Positions 26,236 to 36,018 of a stretch of DNA of 64,000 bases are shown one piece after another (position 1 is the first letter of the stretch; each line of letters starts with the position of its first letter). The translations under genes and the position numbers were made by a program. A model generated the notes under the pieces. That model had not been told where the DNA came from and did no database searches. It saw only the letters and a list, made by a program, of their open reading frames with translations. The stretch is from Candidatus Peregrinibacteria bacterium (GTDB lineage: Bacteria; Patescibacteriota; Gracilibacteria; UBA1369; UBA12473). The DNA is taken from NCBI GenBank assembly GCA_018659585.1, contig JABJMC010000022.1:9104-73103 (forward strand). The letters are read 5' to 3'.

Positions 26236-26524
26236 TTCCTTGCCCCTTCGTTGTTTACGAACTTTTCTCCTCAAGCGAACTATACTAATGGCTAGGCGAA
26301 ATAAGCACCTGCCCAAAACTTGGCCAGAACTCAAAATCTACCCTACCATAAGATAATCCGCTTAAAGTCTAATTTTCAAAGATCCGGATCCACCCCAGAT
26401 CTAAAATTGGCCTCAACCCTACCCCAAAAAACCAAAACCTGTCAACGCACGACTACTTCAGCCTGTTGCTCCCCCTCTATTTCTCCTGTAAACTTGTCGG
26501 CGTACAAATTTAAACCCTCCAACA

Positions 26525-27043
26525 ATGAAAATCCGTAATATCTTCCCCCTAGCCCTAATCGGAGCCTCTGCTCTTTTTATGACTGGTTGTTTAGATGATG
26601 GCTCTCTTTCCACCATTGAATACAACAATACAGTGGTTGAAACTTTAAACAGCACCTCTGCAGTTATTGAAGAAACTACTGATTCCTATGATTTAAGTGT
26701 TCCCAACATTGTCACCGAAGAATCTGAAATCGACACCACTGACATGGAAACAGCCCTTCTATCTGCTCAAGCCAAAGTCACCGAAGCCAAAACAGTACTC
26801 GACTTAATTAGTAAAAACGCTGAACAACAAGAAGCAGTTATGGCCGAATTTACAAATTATCTTGAACTAGGTGAAGCTTACGTTGTTATTTACGAAACTG
26901 TTACAACCTACTATTCTGCCCAAGAATACATTGAAAGCCTCGACCTAGTAGCTGAATACGACGAGTCTTTACACTCTGGATACAATGACTTTATTGATTC
27001 CAATAATACTCTCGTCGATATTTTAGCTAGTTATATTGAATAA
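26525..27043 (+). CDS. Acidic lipoprotein, function unknown
   Basis: Signal peptide plus lipobox MKIRNIFPLALIGASALFMTGC. The mature part is rich in T, E, S and D. Confidence 0.6.
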   Translation: MKIRNIFPLALIGASALFMTGCLDDGSLSTIEYNNTVVETLNSTSAVIEETTDSYDLSVPNIVTEESEIDTTDMETALLSAQAKVTEAKTVLDLISKNAEQQEAVMAEFTNYLELGEAYVVIYETVTTYYSAQEYIESLDLVAEYDESLHSGYNDFIDSNNTLVDILASYIE

Positions 27044-27062
27044 AATCCGACTCTTAAGAACC

Positions 27063-27090
27063 TTGACTTTACCCATTCAAACCCTATAAT
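27063..27090 (+). promoter_or_regulatory. Sigma70-like promoter candidate: TTGACT-N16-TATAAT, upstream of fusA
   Basis: -35 at 27063-27068 and -10 at 27085-27090, about 55 nt before the fusA ATG. Confidence 0.45.
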
Positions 27091-27142
27091 GCTTCCGCTT
27101 TATAAAGGCATTTGATTTACTAAATCTTAAAAAAAATCACTC

Positions 27143-29239
27143 ATGTCAGAAGATCTAAATTTCCTCCGCAATATTGGTATTTGTGCTCATATTGATGCTG
27201 GTAAAACAACTGTTACCGAACGTATCTTATTCTATACTGGTAAAAGCCATAAAATTGGTGAAGTTCACGAAGGTGAAGCCACCATGGACTGGATGGAACA
27301 AGAACAAGAACGTGGTATTACCATTACTTCGGCTTGTACCACTTGTTTCTGGACACCAATACACGGCGAAACCGAAAAACACCGTATCAACATTATCGAT
27401 ACTCCGGGACACGTAGATTTCACCATGGAAGTAGAACGCGCGCTTCGCGTGCTTGATGGCGCAGTGGTTGTTTTTGATGGCTCTCAAGGTGTTGAGCCTC
27501 AATCTGAGACTGTTTGGAGACAAGCTGATCGCTATGAAGTACCTCGAATGGCTTTTGTTAACAAAATGGACAAAACCGGTGGTGATTTTTACATGAGTTT
27601 AGATTCGATTCACGAAAGACTTAACAAAGACGCAGTTGCAATTCAACTTCCAATTGGAGAAGAAAACAACTTTAGTGGAGTTATTGATCTTCTAACTCAA
27701 AAAGCCTACACCTTTGATGGAAAAATGGGCGAAAATGTGATTGAAATTGAAGTTCCAGCTGACATGAAAGAAAAAGTTAAAGAATACCGCGCTATCCTAA
27801 TCGAACGAATTTCCGAAACCGATGACGACCTTATGGAGAAATATTTAAGTGACGAAGAACCAACTCTCGTGGAACTCAAAAAAGCGCTTCGCAAAGCAAC
27901 TATCTCCTTCCAATTAATTCCAGTTCTTTGTGGAACTGCTCTCCAAAACAAAGGAGCGCAGTTATTACTAGACGCTGTCTGTGATTTTCTTCCTTCACCA
28001 ATGGATTTACCTCCTGTTAAAGGAACCAAGCCAAACTCCGAAGAAGAAGCCAGCCGCGAACTTACCGAAGACGCTCCATTCTCTGCTCTTGCCTTCAAAA
28101 TCGCAACTGACCCTTACATTGGTAAACTTTGTTTCTTACGTGTGTATTCTGGAAAACTTGAATCTGGAAGTTACGTTTACAACTCCTCTACCGATCAAAA
28201 AGAACGAATCGGTCGTTTAGTTCAAATGCACTCCAACTCTCGTGAAGAAATCAAAGAAGTTAAAGCTGGTGACATTGTAGCGGCCGTTGGTCTGAAAAAA
28301 ACCACTACTGGTAACACTCTTTGTGACGACAAGAATACAATCATTCTAGAGTCCATGGACTTCCCAGAACCAGTTATTGATATTGCGATTGAGCCTAAGA
28401 CTAAGGCTGACCAAGAAAAAATGGGTATTGCCCTTCAAAAATTGGCTGAAGAAGATCCAACTTTCCGTGTTCACACTGATGACGAAACCGGTCAAACCAT
28501 TATCGGTGGTATGGGAGAACTTCACTTAGATATTATTGTTGATCGCATGCGTCGTGAATTCAAAGTAGAAGCCAATGTTGGTCAACCACAAGTTGCCTAC
28601 CGCGAAACTATTCAAAAAGAAGTTAAAGCCGAAGAAAAATATTCCAAACAAACTGGTGGTCGTGGTCAATATGGTCACGTTTTGATGAAAATCTCACCTA
28701 ACGAACCTGGTAAAGGCTTCGAATTCGTTAACTCTATTGTTGGCGGAAAAATTCCAAAAGAGTTTATCAACCCCGTTCAAAAAGGTGTTGAACAAGCTAT
28801 GACTCGCGGTATTGTCGCCGGATATCAAGTTGTTGATGTTAAGGTCGAACTTTACGATGGTTCTTACCATGATGTTGACTCCTCTGAAATGTCGTTTAAG
28901 ACCGCTGGTTCTATCTGTTTCCGTGATGGGGCTCGCGCCGCTAACCCCGTTATTCTAGAACCAATCATGAAAGTTGAAGCCATTACCCCCGAAAATTATA
29001 TGGGTGATGTAATGGGTGATCTAAACTCTCGCCGTGGTCAAATTCAAGAAATGGGAGATCGCGGACAAGCTAAATTCATCCGGGCTCTTGTTCCACTTTC
29101 TGAAATGTTTGGCTACGCTACTGACCTTCGCTCTATGACTCAAGGTCGAGCCAGTTACTCAATGGAGTTCGAACAATACGAAAAAGCACCTAAAAACGTT
29201 ACTGAAAAAATTAAGGCTGATAAAGGGATTACCGCTTAA
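27143..29239 (+). CDS. fusA: Elongation factor G
   Basis: [32 protein letters not shown], and [16 protein letters not shown]. Confidence 0.97.
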   Translation: MSEDLNFLRNIGICAHIDAGKTTVTERILFYTGKSHKIGEVHEGEATMDWMEQEQERGITITSACTTCFWTPIHGETEKHRINIIDTPGHVDFTMEVERALRVLDGAVVVFDGSQGVEPQSETVWRQADRYEVPRMAFVNKMDKTGGDFYMSLDSIHERLNKDAVAIQLPIGEENNFSGVIDLLTQKAYTFDGKMGENVIEIEVPADMKEKVKEYRAILIERISETDDDLMEKYLSDEEPTLVELKKALRKATISFQLIPVLCGTALQNKGAQLLLDAVCDFLPSPMDLPPVKGTKPNSEEEASRELTEDAPFSALAFKIATDPYIGKLCFLRVYSGKLESGSYVYNSSTDQKERIGRLVQMHSNSREEIKEVKAGDIVAAVGLKKTTTGNTLCDDKNTIILESMDFPEPVIDIAIEPKTKADQEKMGIALQKLAEEDPTFRVHTDDETGQTIIGGMGELHLDIIVDRMRREFKVEANVGQPQVAYRETIQKEVKAEEKYSKQTGGRGQYGHVLMKISPNEPGKGFEFVNSIVGGKIPKEFINPVQKGVEQAMTRGIVAGYQVVDVKVELYDGSYHDVDSSEMSFKTAGSICFRDGARAANPVILEPIMKVEAITPENYMGDVMGDLNSRRGQIQEMGDRGQAKFIRALVPLSEMFGYATDLRSMTQGRASYSMEFEQYEKAPKNVTEKIKADKGITA

Positions 29240-29290
29240 ACATAACCACAATCCCCTTTTTAAAAACCACTAAAATATCACAAAATTGTC

Positions 29291-29319
29291 TTGCATCGTT
29301 TTCTTGATTCGAGTATAGT
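29291..29319 (+). promoter_or_regulatory. Sigma70-like promoter candidate: TTGCAT-N17-TATAGT, upstream of tuf
   Basis: -35 at 29291-29296 and -10 at 29314-29319. Confidence 0.4.
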
Positions 29320-29384
29320 CTTCCCGCGTTTGCATTTCAGATGCAATCCATTCGCAAATTAAATAACCCTAACCTTTACCCGCA

Positions 29385-30575
29385 ATGTCAGACACATTCC
29401 AACGTACAAAGCCTCACGTGAATGTTGGTACAATCGGTCACGTTGACCACGGTAAGACAACTCTTACTGCGGCCATGACTATTGTTGCTAACAAGAAATT
29501 CGGTGGGCTTAACAAAGCTGTAGCTTTCGATCAAATCGATAACGCTCCAGAAGAACGCGAACGTGGTATCACAATCGCAACCTCTCACCAAGAGTATGAG
29601 ACTGAAAAACGTCACTACGCTCACGTTGATTGTCCAGGTCACGCCGACTATATCAAGAACATGATTACTGGGGCCGCCCAAATGGACGGTGCTATTTTAG
29701 TTTGTTCCGCTGCTGACGGCCCAATGCCACAAACCCGTGAACACATCTTGCTTGCTCGCCAAGTTATGGTGCCAGCTGTTGTCGTCTTCCTTAATAAAAT
29801 GGATATGGCAGACGAAGAAATCGCTGAACTTTCCGAAATGGAAATTCGTGAACTACTTACTAAATATGGATTCCCAGGTGATGACACTCCAATTATCAAA
29901 GGATCCGCTCTTAAGGCCCTCGAAAACCCAGATGACGAAGCTGCAATTGCTCCAATCATCGAACTATTCGAAGCTCTTGATAATTTCATTCCAGAGCCAA
30001 CTCGTGAATTAGACAAACCATTTCTTATGCCTGTTGAGGATGTTTTCTCAATTAAAGGTCGTGGAACTGTGGCTACTGGTCGTATTGAACAAGGTATTGT
30101 TAAAACTAGTGAAGAAGTTGAAATCATTGGAATCAAAGATACTCGAAAAGTTATTGTTACTGGTGTTGAAATGTTCAAGAAACTTCTTGATCAAGGTCAA
30201 GCTGGTGATAACGTTGGCCTACTACTACGTGGAATCGAGCGTGAAGAAATCGAACGTGGACAAGTTATTGCTAAACCAGGTTCAATTACTCCTCACACTA
30301 AATTCGACTCCGAGGTTTATGTTCTAGCCAAAGAAGAAGGTGGACGAGACACTCCTTTCTTCAAGGGTTACAAACCTCAATTTTACATTCGAACAACCGA
30401 CGTTACCGGTACTATCGAACTCCCTGACGGAGTAGAGATGGTTATGCCTGGTGATAATATCAAAATGGTTGTTTCTCTTGGATCACCTATCGCGCTTGAC
30501 GAAGGTACTCGCTTCGCTATTCGTGAAGGAGGCCGCACTGTTGGTGCTGGTGTTGTAACCAAGATTCTTGAATAA
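29385..30575 (+). CDS. tuf: Elongation factor Tu
   Basis: [34 protein letters not shown], and [14 protein letters not shown]. Confidence 0.98.
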   Translation: MSDTFQRTKPHVNVGTIGHVDHGKTTLTAAMTIVANKKFGGLNKAVAFDQIDNAPEERERGITIATSHQEYETEKRHYAHVDCPGHADYIKNMITGAAQMDGAILVCSAADGPMPQTREHILLARQVMVPAVVVFLNKMDMADEEIAELSEMEIRELLTKYGFPGDDTPIIKGSALKALENPDDEAAIAPIIELFEALDNFIPEPTRELDKPFLMPVEDVFSIKGRGTVATGRIEQGIVKTSEEVEIIGIKDTRKVIVTGVEMFKKLLDQGQAGDNVGLLLRGIEREEIERGQVIAKPGSITPHTKFDSEVYVLAKEEGGRDTPFFKGYKPQFYIRTTDVTGTIELPDGVEMVMPGDNIKMVVSLGSPIALDEGTRFAIREGGRTVGAGVVTKILE

Positions 30576-30599
30576 GAGCTGAAGAAATAAATTTAAAAG

Positions 30600-30625
30600 C
30601 CCCTGCCGAAAGGTAGGGGTTTTTT
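30600..30625 (+). terminator. Rho-independent terminator after tuf, possibly bidirectional
   Basis: CCCCTGCC-GAAA-GGTAGGGG followed by TTTTTT. An A-run on the left side would serve the convergent minus-strand gene that ends at 30627. Confidence 0.75.
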
Positions 30626-30626
30626 G

Positions 30627-31385
30627 TTAGCGCCGAAAAACACTCTTAACTCGAGTTATCATCCTCCTGATAAGGCCATCTTTCCCGACTTCATTTAAAG
30701 TATTAATAGCTGATTCTCGTACCCCATAAATCTTTTCGGGATTTTGATGCTTATAGTAAATCGCGCGCACAAAATTACTCATCATACTCATCAAAACCAC
30801 TCGTTTCTTCTCCTTATCAGTTTGCAAACCAGAATTAGCAGCAAATTCAGGTAAAACATCTTTTTCTAATCGATCTTTATTAGTTTCCGCCACTTCATCC
30901 AAAAGAACCATTAATCTCGATCGCAAAGGATCCTTTTTGTTAGTAACCCCCAAATTGTCCCAAGAATGAACATCATCAAAAGACTTCCCGCGTGGGGCAA
31001 TAAAAGTATTATACTCCTCTACCAACCCTTCCTTAGGAACCCCAGCAATAAAAGATTTAAAAGCCCCCCGACATTGATTTAAAACAGTCTTTAAAATCTT
31101 ATGATTAATCTCCTCAATCGTCTGCTTAACATCATCTCCAAACATCTGTATTTCTGGCTGTCCCTGTCCTCGTAAAATCTCATTTGCTTTATTAAATTTC
31201 TCTATTTCCATAGGATCCGCATTCGCCACATTTAAAGACGCCCCCCCTCCCCCTAAGCTCTGCGCAATTTGCTCTGGCGTATTTTTGATAAAATTTGTCA
31301 CATCATGACTAGCCTGGGGCAAGCCCTGGATTTTTTTAATTGTTCGCCGATTGGGAAAAGAATCTACTACAGTTTTTGACCGCAT
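30627..31385 (-). CDS. Hypothetical protein (252 aa), antisense to the surrounding operons
   Basis: A long ORF with host-like AT-rich codons. It is soluble and has no motif I recognise. Confidence 0.55.
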   Translation of the reverse strand: MRSKTVVDSFPNRRTIKKIQGLPQASHDVTNFIKNTPEQIAQSLGGGGASLNVANADPMEIEKFNKANEILRGQGQPEIQMFGDDVKQTIEEINHKILKTVLNQCRGAFKSFIAGVPKEGLVEEYNTFIAPRGKSFDDVHSWDNLGVTNKKDPLRSRLMVLLDEVAETNKDRLEKDVLPEFAANSGLQTDKEKKRVVLMSMMSNFVRAIYYKHQNPEKIYGVRESAINTLNEVGKDGLIRRMITRVKSVFRR

Positions 31386-31459
31386 AGGATTTCTTTGTTT
31401 TAAATCCTTATTATTATAAGGATTTTAACAGATTTGTCAAGCCTTCCTACTCCTTATAC

Positions 31460-31488
31460 TTGACCTTCTTAAGGGTTTCCTATAAAAA
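31460..31488 (+). promoter_or_regulatory. Promoter candidate for the S10 operon: TTGACC then TATAAAAA
   Basis: -35 at 31460-31465. The -10 is either TATAAA (N15) or TAAAAA (N17), so spacing is ambiguous. Confidence 0.3.
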
Positions 31489-31588
31489 GCTAGAGCAACA
31501 AAACGAAGAAGTTGCTTTTAACTTCTTCCTCGCCTACCTGTTAAACAGCTGGCGGGACATCTCAGCCTAATATCAACACTACTTACTG

Positions 31589-31616
31589 TAGCCGGCCGAG
31601 ATGGGCGGCTATTTTT
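31589..31616 (+). promoter_or_regulatory. Terminator-like hairpin in the rpsJ leader (candidate attenuator)
   Basis: TAGCCG(G)CC-GAGATG-GGCGGCTA followed by TTTTT, ending 23 nt before the rpsJ ATG. A second 9-bp hairpin, GAAGAAGTT/AACTTCTTC, lies at 31505-31528. Confidence 0.4.
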
Positions 31617-31638
31617 GTATCTCTAACCTCAAAAAAAC

Positions 31639-32058
31639 ATGCCTGCAGCCAAAAAAACCACTAAGAAGCCCACCACCAAAGCTAAATCTACGGCTAAAAC
31701 TAAAGAAAAAGCAGCTAAAGACTCCAAAAAAGAGACTGCTATCGGAAAACAACGTATTCGTATCAAAATCAAAGCTTTTGATCACAAAGTTATTGACGAC
31801 ACTACTCGCCTTATTATAGAAACTGCCGAACGAACTGGAGCGGTTATTTCTGGGCCAATCCCTCTTCCAACTAAAATTGAGAAATTCACGGTTAATAAGT
31901 CTACTTTTGTACACAAAACTTCTCGCGAACAGTTTGAAATCCGCACTCACAAACGTTTACTCGACATCAATGAAAGCACTCCAAAAACTATCGAAGCCTT
32001 ATCTGGACTCAGCCTTCCAGCTGGTGTGGATATTGAAATTAAGATGATTGCTGCTTAA
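31639..32058 (+). CDS. rpsJ: 30S ribosomal protein S10 with a roughly 35-aa lysine-rich N-terminal extension
   Basis: The core is [16 protein letters not shown]...[10 protein letters not shown]...RTHKRLLDI, preceded by [27 protein letters not shown]. Confidence 0.93.
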   Translation: MPAAKKTTKKPTTKAKSTAKTKEKAAKDSKKETAIGKQRIRIKIKAFDHKVIDDTTRLIIETAERTGAVISGPIPLPTKIEKFTVNKSTFVHKTSREQFEIRTHKRLLDINESTPKTIEALSGLSLPAGVDIEIKMIAA

Positions 32059-32206
32059 AAAATCTCAAAAAAGCCCTTGACTTAAGGTTAAGGCCCCGTT
32101 ATCTTAAGCGGGCTTTAAATCTGTTACTTTCCCTGTTGCCCAGGGAAGAGGGAGGAGGCCATCAGGTCAAAACCCTCGAGCATAAAGCTCATAACCTCTA
32201 CCTATT

Positions 32207-32797
32207 ATGTCTGGTATTCTCGGTCGAAAAATCGGTATGACCCGCATCATCCAAGATGATGGCTGTGTGATCCCTCTGACAGTGGTTGAGTGCACTCCTA
32301 ATGTTGTCACTCAAGTAAAAACTGCTGAAAAAGATGGATATCCGGCGATAGTCCTCGGCTTTAATGCGTTGTCTAAACCTAAAAAGACCAAAAAATTTCA
32401 CCACTCGCGTGAATTTAAGACCCTTGAAAACGAGGAAAATCCTATTAATAAAGGTGACGAAGTCAAAGTCGATATCTTTGAAGAAGGTGAATCAGTGAAA
32501 GTTACTGCCTTTTCCAAAGGTAAAGGTTTTGCTGGTGTAATTAAACGACACAATTTTTCCCGCGGCCCAGAAACTCATGGTTCACATCACCATCGTGAAC
32601 CAGGATCAATTGGTATGTGTGCCAAACCAGCCCGCGTACTAAAAGGCAAAAAAATGCCTGGTCAAATGGGTAACAAACAAGTCACCCTCATTAATTCCAC
32701 TATTGCCTATGTTGATTTAGAAAAAAATCTCCTAGGACTTAAAGGAACAGTCCCTGGTGGAAACGGAAACCTCGTTATTGTTAGAAAAAAATCTTAA
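32207..32797 (+). CDS. rplC: 50S ribosomal protein L3
   Basis: MSGILGRKIGMTRI...KGKGFAGVIKRHNF and conserved operon position. Confidence 0.95.
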   Translation: MSGILGRKIGMTRIIQDDGCVIPLTVVECTPNVVTQVKTAEKDGYPAIVLGFNALSKPKKTKKFHHSREFKTLENEENPINKGDEVKVDIFEEGESVKVTAFSKGKGFAGVIKRHNFSRGPETHGSHHHREPGSIGMCAKPARVLKGKKMPGQMGNKQVTLINSTIAYVDLEKNLLGLKGTVPGGNGNLVIVRKKS

Positions 32798-32804
32798 TTA
32801 AATT

Positions 32805-33434
32805 ATGAAAGTCACTGTTTACTCACAAACCGGCGAAAAGAAAGGAGATATCACCTTAAACAAAGACATCTTCGGACACGAGGTAAACGAAGGTTTAATC
32901 CACCAAATGCTTGTTTTACAACAAGCTAACGCTCGAAGCCCAATCGCTCACACTAAGACTCGTGGCGAAATTCGTGGTGGTGGTCGCAAGCCTCATCGTC
33001 AAAAAGGAACTGGCCGTGCTCGTACTGGTTCTATTCGCACTCCTATACACCGTGGTGGTGGGACTGTCTTTGGGCCACGCAACACCCGCAATTTCACACT
33101 CATGATGCCAAAAAAACAACGCCGCAAAGCTCTTTTCTGTGCTCTTTCTAGTAAAGCAAATGACAAACAAATTTTAGTTCTAGATAAATACGAAACCAAA
33201 GAAGTTAAAACCAAAGCTTTCGCCGATATGATTGGTAAATTACCAGTTGAACGAAATGCGCTGGTTGTTCTTCCTGAGAAAAACGAAATTATGCAAAAAT
33301 CAGCTCGCAACTTACCTAATGTAAAGACTGTTCTGGCTGGTTACCTTAATATTCAAGACCTTTTTAAATACAACTCTCTTATTTTCCTAAAAGACGCTCT
33401 TCCTAAGTTGGAAGAAACCTTTTTAAAAGCTTAA
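32805..33434 (+). CDS. rplD: 50S ribosomal protein L4
   Basis: GGGRKPHRQKGTGRARTGSIRTPIHRGGGTVFGPR. Confidence 0.95.
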   Translation: MKVTVYSQTGEKKGDITLNKDIFGHEVNEGLIHQMLVLQQANARSPIAHTKTRGEIRGGGRKPHRQKGTGRARTGSIRTPIHRGGGTVFGPRNTRNFTLMMPKKQRRKALFCALSSKANDKQILVLDKYETKEVKTKAFADMIGKLPVERNALVVLPEKNEIMQKSARNLPNVKTVLAGYLNIQDLFKYNSLIFLKDALPKLEETFLKA

Positions 33435-33437
33435 ATA

Positions 33438-33740
33438 ATGGATCTCTACCACGTTATCAAAAAACCAGTACTCAGTGAAAAGACTACTCGTGACGCTGCA
33501 GGTCGCTATACCTTCATTGTTCACAGCAAAGCTACTAAAATCGATGTTAAAAACGCCATCAAAGAACTCTACGGCGTAAAGGTAAAAAGTGTAAATGTCC
33601 GTCCTACTCCTTCTAAAGTTCGTTTAGTCGGACGAGGACGCAAAATCCAAAAACGTGATCGAGTTAAAAAAGCTACTATCACGCTTGAACCTGGTAAAAC
33701 AATTGATATCTACAAATTTTCTAAAGTTAAATCTAAATAA
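33438..33740 (+). CDS. rplW: 50S ribosomal protein L23
   Basis: VIKKPVLSEKT...FIVHSKATKIDVKNAIKELYGVKV. Confidence 0.93.
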   Translation: MDLYHVIKKPVLSEKTTRDAAGRYTFIVHSKATKIDVKNAIKELYGVKVKSVNVRPTPSKVRLVGRGRKIQKRDRVKKATITLEPGKTIDIYKFSKVKSK

Positions 33741-33746
33741 TTTCAA

Positions 33747-34595
33747 ATGGCAGTACGCAAAGTTAAAGCTACAACTCCCGGCAGACGACAAATGAGTGTT
33801 TCCACCTTCGAAGAGGTGACTACCAACAAACCTCTAAAATCTCTCGTTAAATCAAAAAAACGAAGTTCTGGTCGTAATAGCCAAGGACGAATTACTGTTC
33901 GTCACCGAGGAGGAGGAGCTAAATCTCATTACCGCCAAATAGATTTTGATCGAACTAAGAATCTTAATATTGAAGGACGTGTAGCTACGATTGAATACGA
34001 TCCTAATCGAAATGCTTATATTATGTTGGTTTTCTATAAAAACGGTGACAAGCGCTACCATATCGCTCCCGACAAAATCAAGGTTGATGATCGAATTTTA
34101 ACTGCTCCTCAAACTAAGATTAAAACTGGTAATCGTCTTCACGTTGAAAACATCCCAGTTGGTTTCAGTATTTACAATATTGAATTAACACCTGGTAAAG
34201 GTGGTCAAATCGTTCGTTCTGCTGGAGCGTCCGCAAAACTTATTTCCCTGGAAAGCAAAATGGCTCAAGTCCAATTGCCTTCTGGAGAAGTGCGTCTTGT
34301 GCACAAACACGCTTTTGCCACTATTGGTTCTGTCAGTAATGCCGAATTTAGTAATATTAAAATCGGTAAAGCTGGTCGTAATCGTCATAAAGGTAAACGC
34401 CCTCAAGTCCGTGGTAAGGTTATGAATCCTTGTGATCACCCCCATGGAGGAGGAGAAGGAAGTAATCCAATTGGGTTAAAACATCCAAAAACTCCTTGGG
34501 GCCTACCAGCGCTTGGTGTTAAAACCAGAAAGCGTAAAAAAACCAATATGTATCGCCTTCGCGATCGTAAAGGCAGAAACCTTATTAAAAGCTAA
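33747..34595 (+). CDS. rplB: 50S ribosomal protein L2
   Basis: GRNSQGRITVRHRGGG, IEYDPNR.A, VRGKVMNPCDHPHGGGEG. Confidence 0.97.
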   Translation: MAVRKVKATTPGRRQMSVSTFEEVTTNKPLKSLVKSKKRSSGRNSQGRITVRHRGGGAKSHYRQIDFDRTKNLNIEGRVATIEYDPNRNAYIMLVFYKNGDKRYHIAPDKIKVDDRILTAPQTKIKTGNRLHVENIPVGFSIYNIELTPGKGGQIVRSAGASAKLISLESKMAQVQLPSGEVRLVHKHAFATIGSVSNAEFSNIKIGKAGRNRHKGKRPQVRGKVMNPCDHPHGGGEGSNPIGLKHPKTPWGLPALGVKTRKRKKTNMYRLRDRKGRNLIKS

Positions 34596-34601
34596 TTAAA
34601 T

Positions 34602-34871
34602 ATGTCTCGAAGTTCTAAAAAAGGTCCATACGTTGATCCGAAGCTGATCAAAAAAATCATGCTTCAAAACGAAAATAACCAAAAAAAGGTCATTAAGACC
34701 TGGGCTCGAGATAGTGTTATTGCTCCAGAATTTGTTGGGCACACTATTGCAGTCCACAATGGAAAACAACACATCCCTGTCTTTGTCACTGAACAAATGG
34801 TTGGTCATCGCCTCGGAGAATTCTCTCCAACTCGCAAATTCAGAAGTCACGGTGGTAGACTAGCTAAATAA
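34602..34871 (+). CDS. rpsS: 30S ribosomal protein S19
   Basis: [12 protein letters not shown]...[29 protein letters not shown]. Confidence 0.96.
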   Translation: MSRSSKKGPYVDPKLIKKIMLQNENNQKKVIKTWARDSVIAPEFVGHTIAVHNGKQHIPVFVTEQMVGHRLGEFSPTRKFRSHGGRLAK

Positions 34872-34882
34872 CTTACACTTAA

Positions 34883-35311
34883 ATGATTGCACATCTAAGA
34901 AGAACTCGGATCTCTCCTAAAAAGCTAAGCCTCGTGGCGGCTATGATTCGTAAAAAATCTGTAAACGAGGCTCTCGAAATTCTTAAATTTACTCCAAAAA
35001 AAGCGGCTGCCACTCTATATAAAGTAGTGCAATCCGCCGGCAAAAATGCTGAAAACAATTTTAAACAAGATCCAACTTCTCTCGTAATTAAAGAAATTAT
35101 TGTCACTCAAGGTCCAACTTACAAACGTTGGCAATCAGTCTCTCGTGGACGCGCTCATCCAATCTTAAAAAGAACTAGTCACGTTACTGTGAAAATCGAA
35201 TCCTCCGGCAAAGTTGAAGAACCGAAAAAGAAAGTGGCCGCCAAAAAGGAAGAGCCCAAGACTGAGACCCCTAAAAAACCTACTGAACCTACTGAATCTA
35301 AAAAATCTTAA
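34883..35311 (+). CDS. rplV: 50S ribosomal protein L22 with a K/E/P-rich C-terminal extension
   Basis: ISPKKLSLVAAMIRKKSVNEALEILKFTPKKAA. The tail is KVEEPKKKVAAKKEEPKTETPKKPTEPTESKKS. Confidence 0.93.
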   Translation: MIAHLRRTRISPKKLSLVAAMIRKKSVNEALEILKFTPKKAAATLYKVVQSAGKNAENNFKQDPTSLVIKEIIVTQGPTYKRWQSVSRGRAHPILKRTSHVTVKIESSGKVEEPKKKVAAKKEEPKTETPKKPTEPTESKKS

Positions 35312-35331
35312 TTTAATCACTCCCCTTCTCT

Positions 35332-36009
35332 ATGGGACAAAAAGTTAATCCAAAAAGCTTACGCATCGGAATAATTCAAACGTGGGAATCGAACTGGTTC
35401 GCTGGGAAGCATCGTTATAAAAAACTTTTGCACCAAGATCTTAAGATTCGAACATTTATTAAAGAGTATTTCAAAGACGGACATATTTCTAAAGTAGAAA
35501 TCTTACGTGACGCCAATAATACTAGCCTAATTCTTCACACTTCAAGACCAGGAGCAATTATTGGTCGACAAGGAGAAGGGATTGAAAAATTCCAGAAAAC
35601 GCTTGAAAAGCGATTTAAACCACAACGTTTTAATGTCACTGTTAAAGAGATTAAAAATCCTGACCTTGATGCCTACCTTGTAGCTGAAAACATCGCTCGT
35701 CAATTAACCCGACGTGTTTCTTACCGTCGTGCTGTTAAAACTTCTATTCAAAGAGCAATTGAATCTGGGGCTAAAGGAATTAAAATTGGAATCAAAGGTC
35801 GTTTAAATGGTGTAGAAATTGCCCGCTCCGAAACCTTCACTGAAGGAAAAATTCCTCTACACACTTTGCGCGCTGACATTGATTATGGCTTTTTCCCGGC
35901 TTGGACCACTTACGGAACAATCGGTGTTAAAGTTTGGATATATAAAGGAGAAGTTTTCAATAAACTCTCTGAAATGGTCTCTGAATCTATTAAACCGGAA
36001 ACTAAATAA
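35332..36009 (+). CDS. rpsC: 30S ribosomal protein S3
   Basis: MGQKVNPKSLRIGI...RPGAIIGRQGEGIEK...GIKGRLNG.EIAR. Confidence 0.96.
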   Translation: MGQKVNPKSLRIGIIQTWESNWFAGKHRYKKLLHQDLKIRTFIKEYFKDGHISKVEILRDANNTSLILHTSRPGAIIGRQGEGIEKFQKTLEKRFKPQRFNVTVKEIKNPDLDAYLVAENIARQLTRRVSYRRAVKTSIQRAIESGAKGIKIGIKGRLNGVEIARSETFTEGKIPLHTLRADIDYGFFPAWTTYGTIGVKVWIYKGEVFNKLSEMVSESIKPETK

Positions 36010-36018
36010 TTTTTTCCC

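Noticed and set aside
16326-30575. Inteins or introns in rpoB, rpoC, fusA or tuf
   Set aside because: The protein lengths (1193, 1265, 698 and 396 aa) and uninterrupted conserved blocks leave no room for such insertions.
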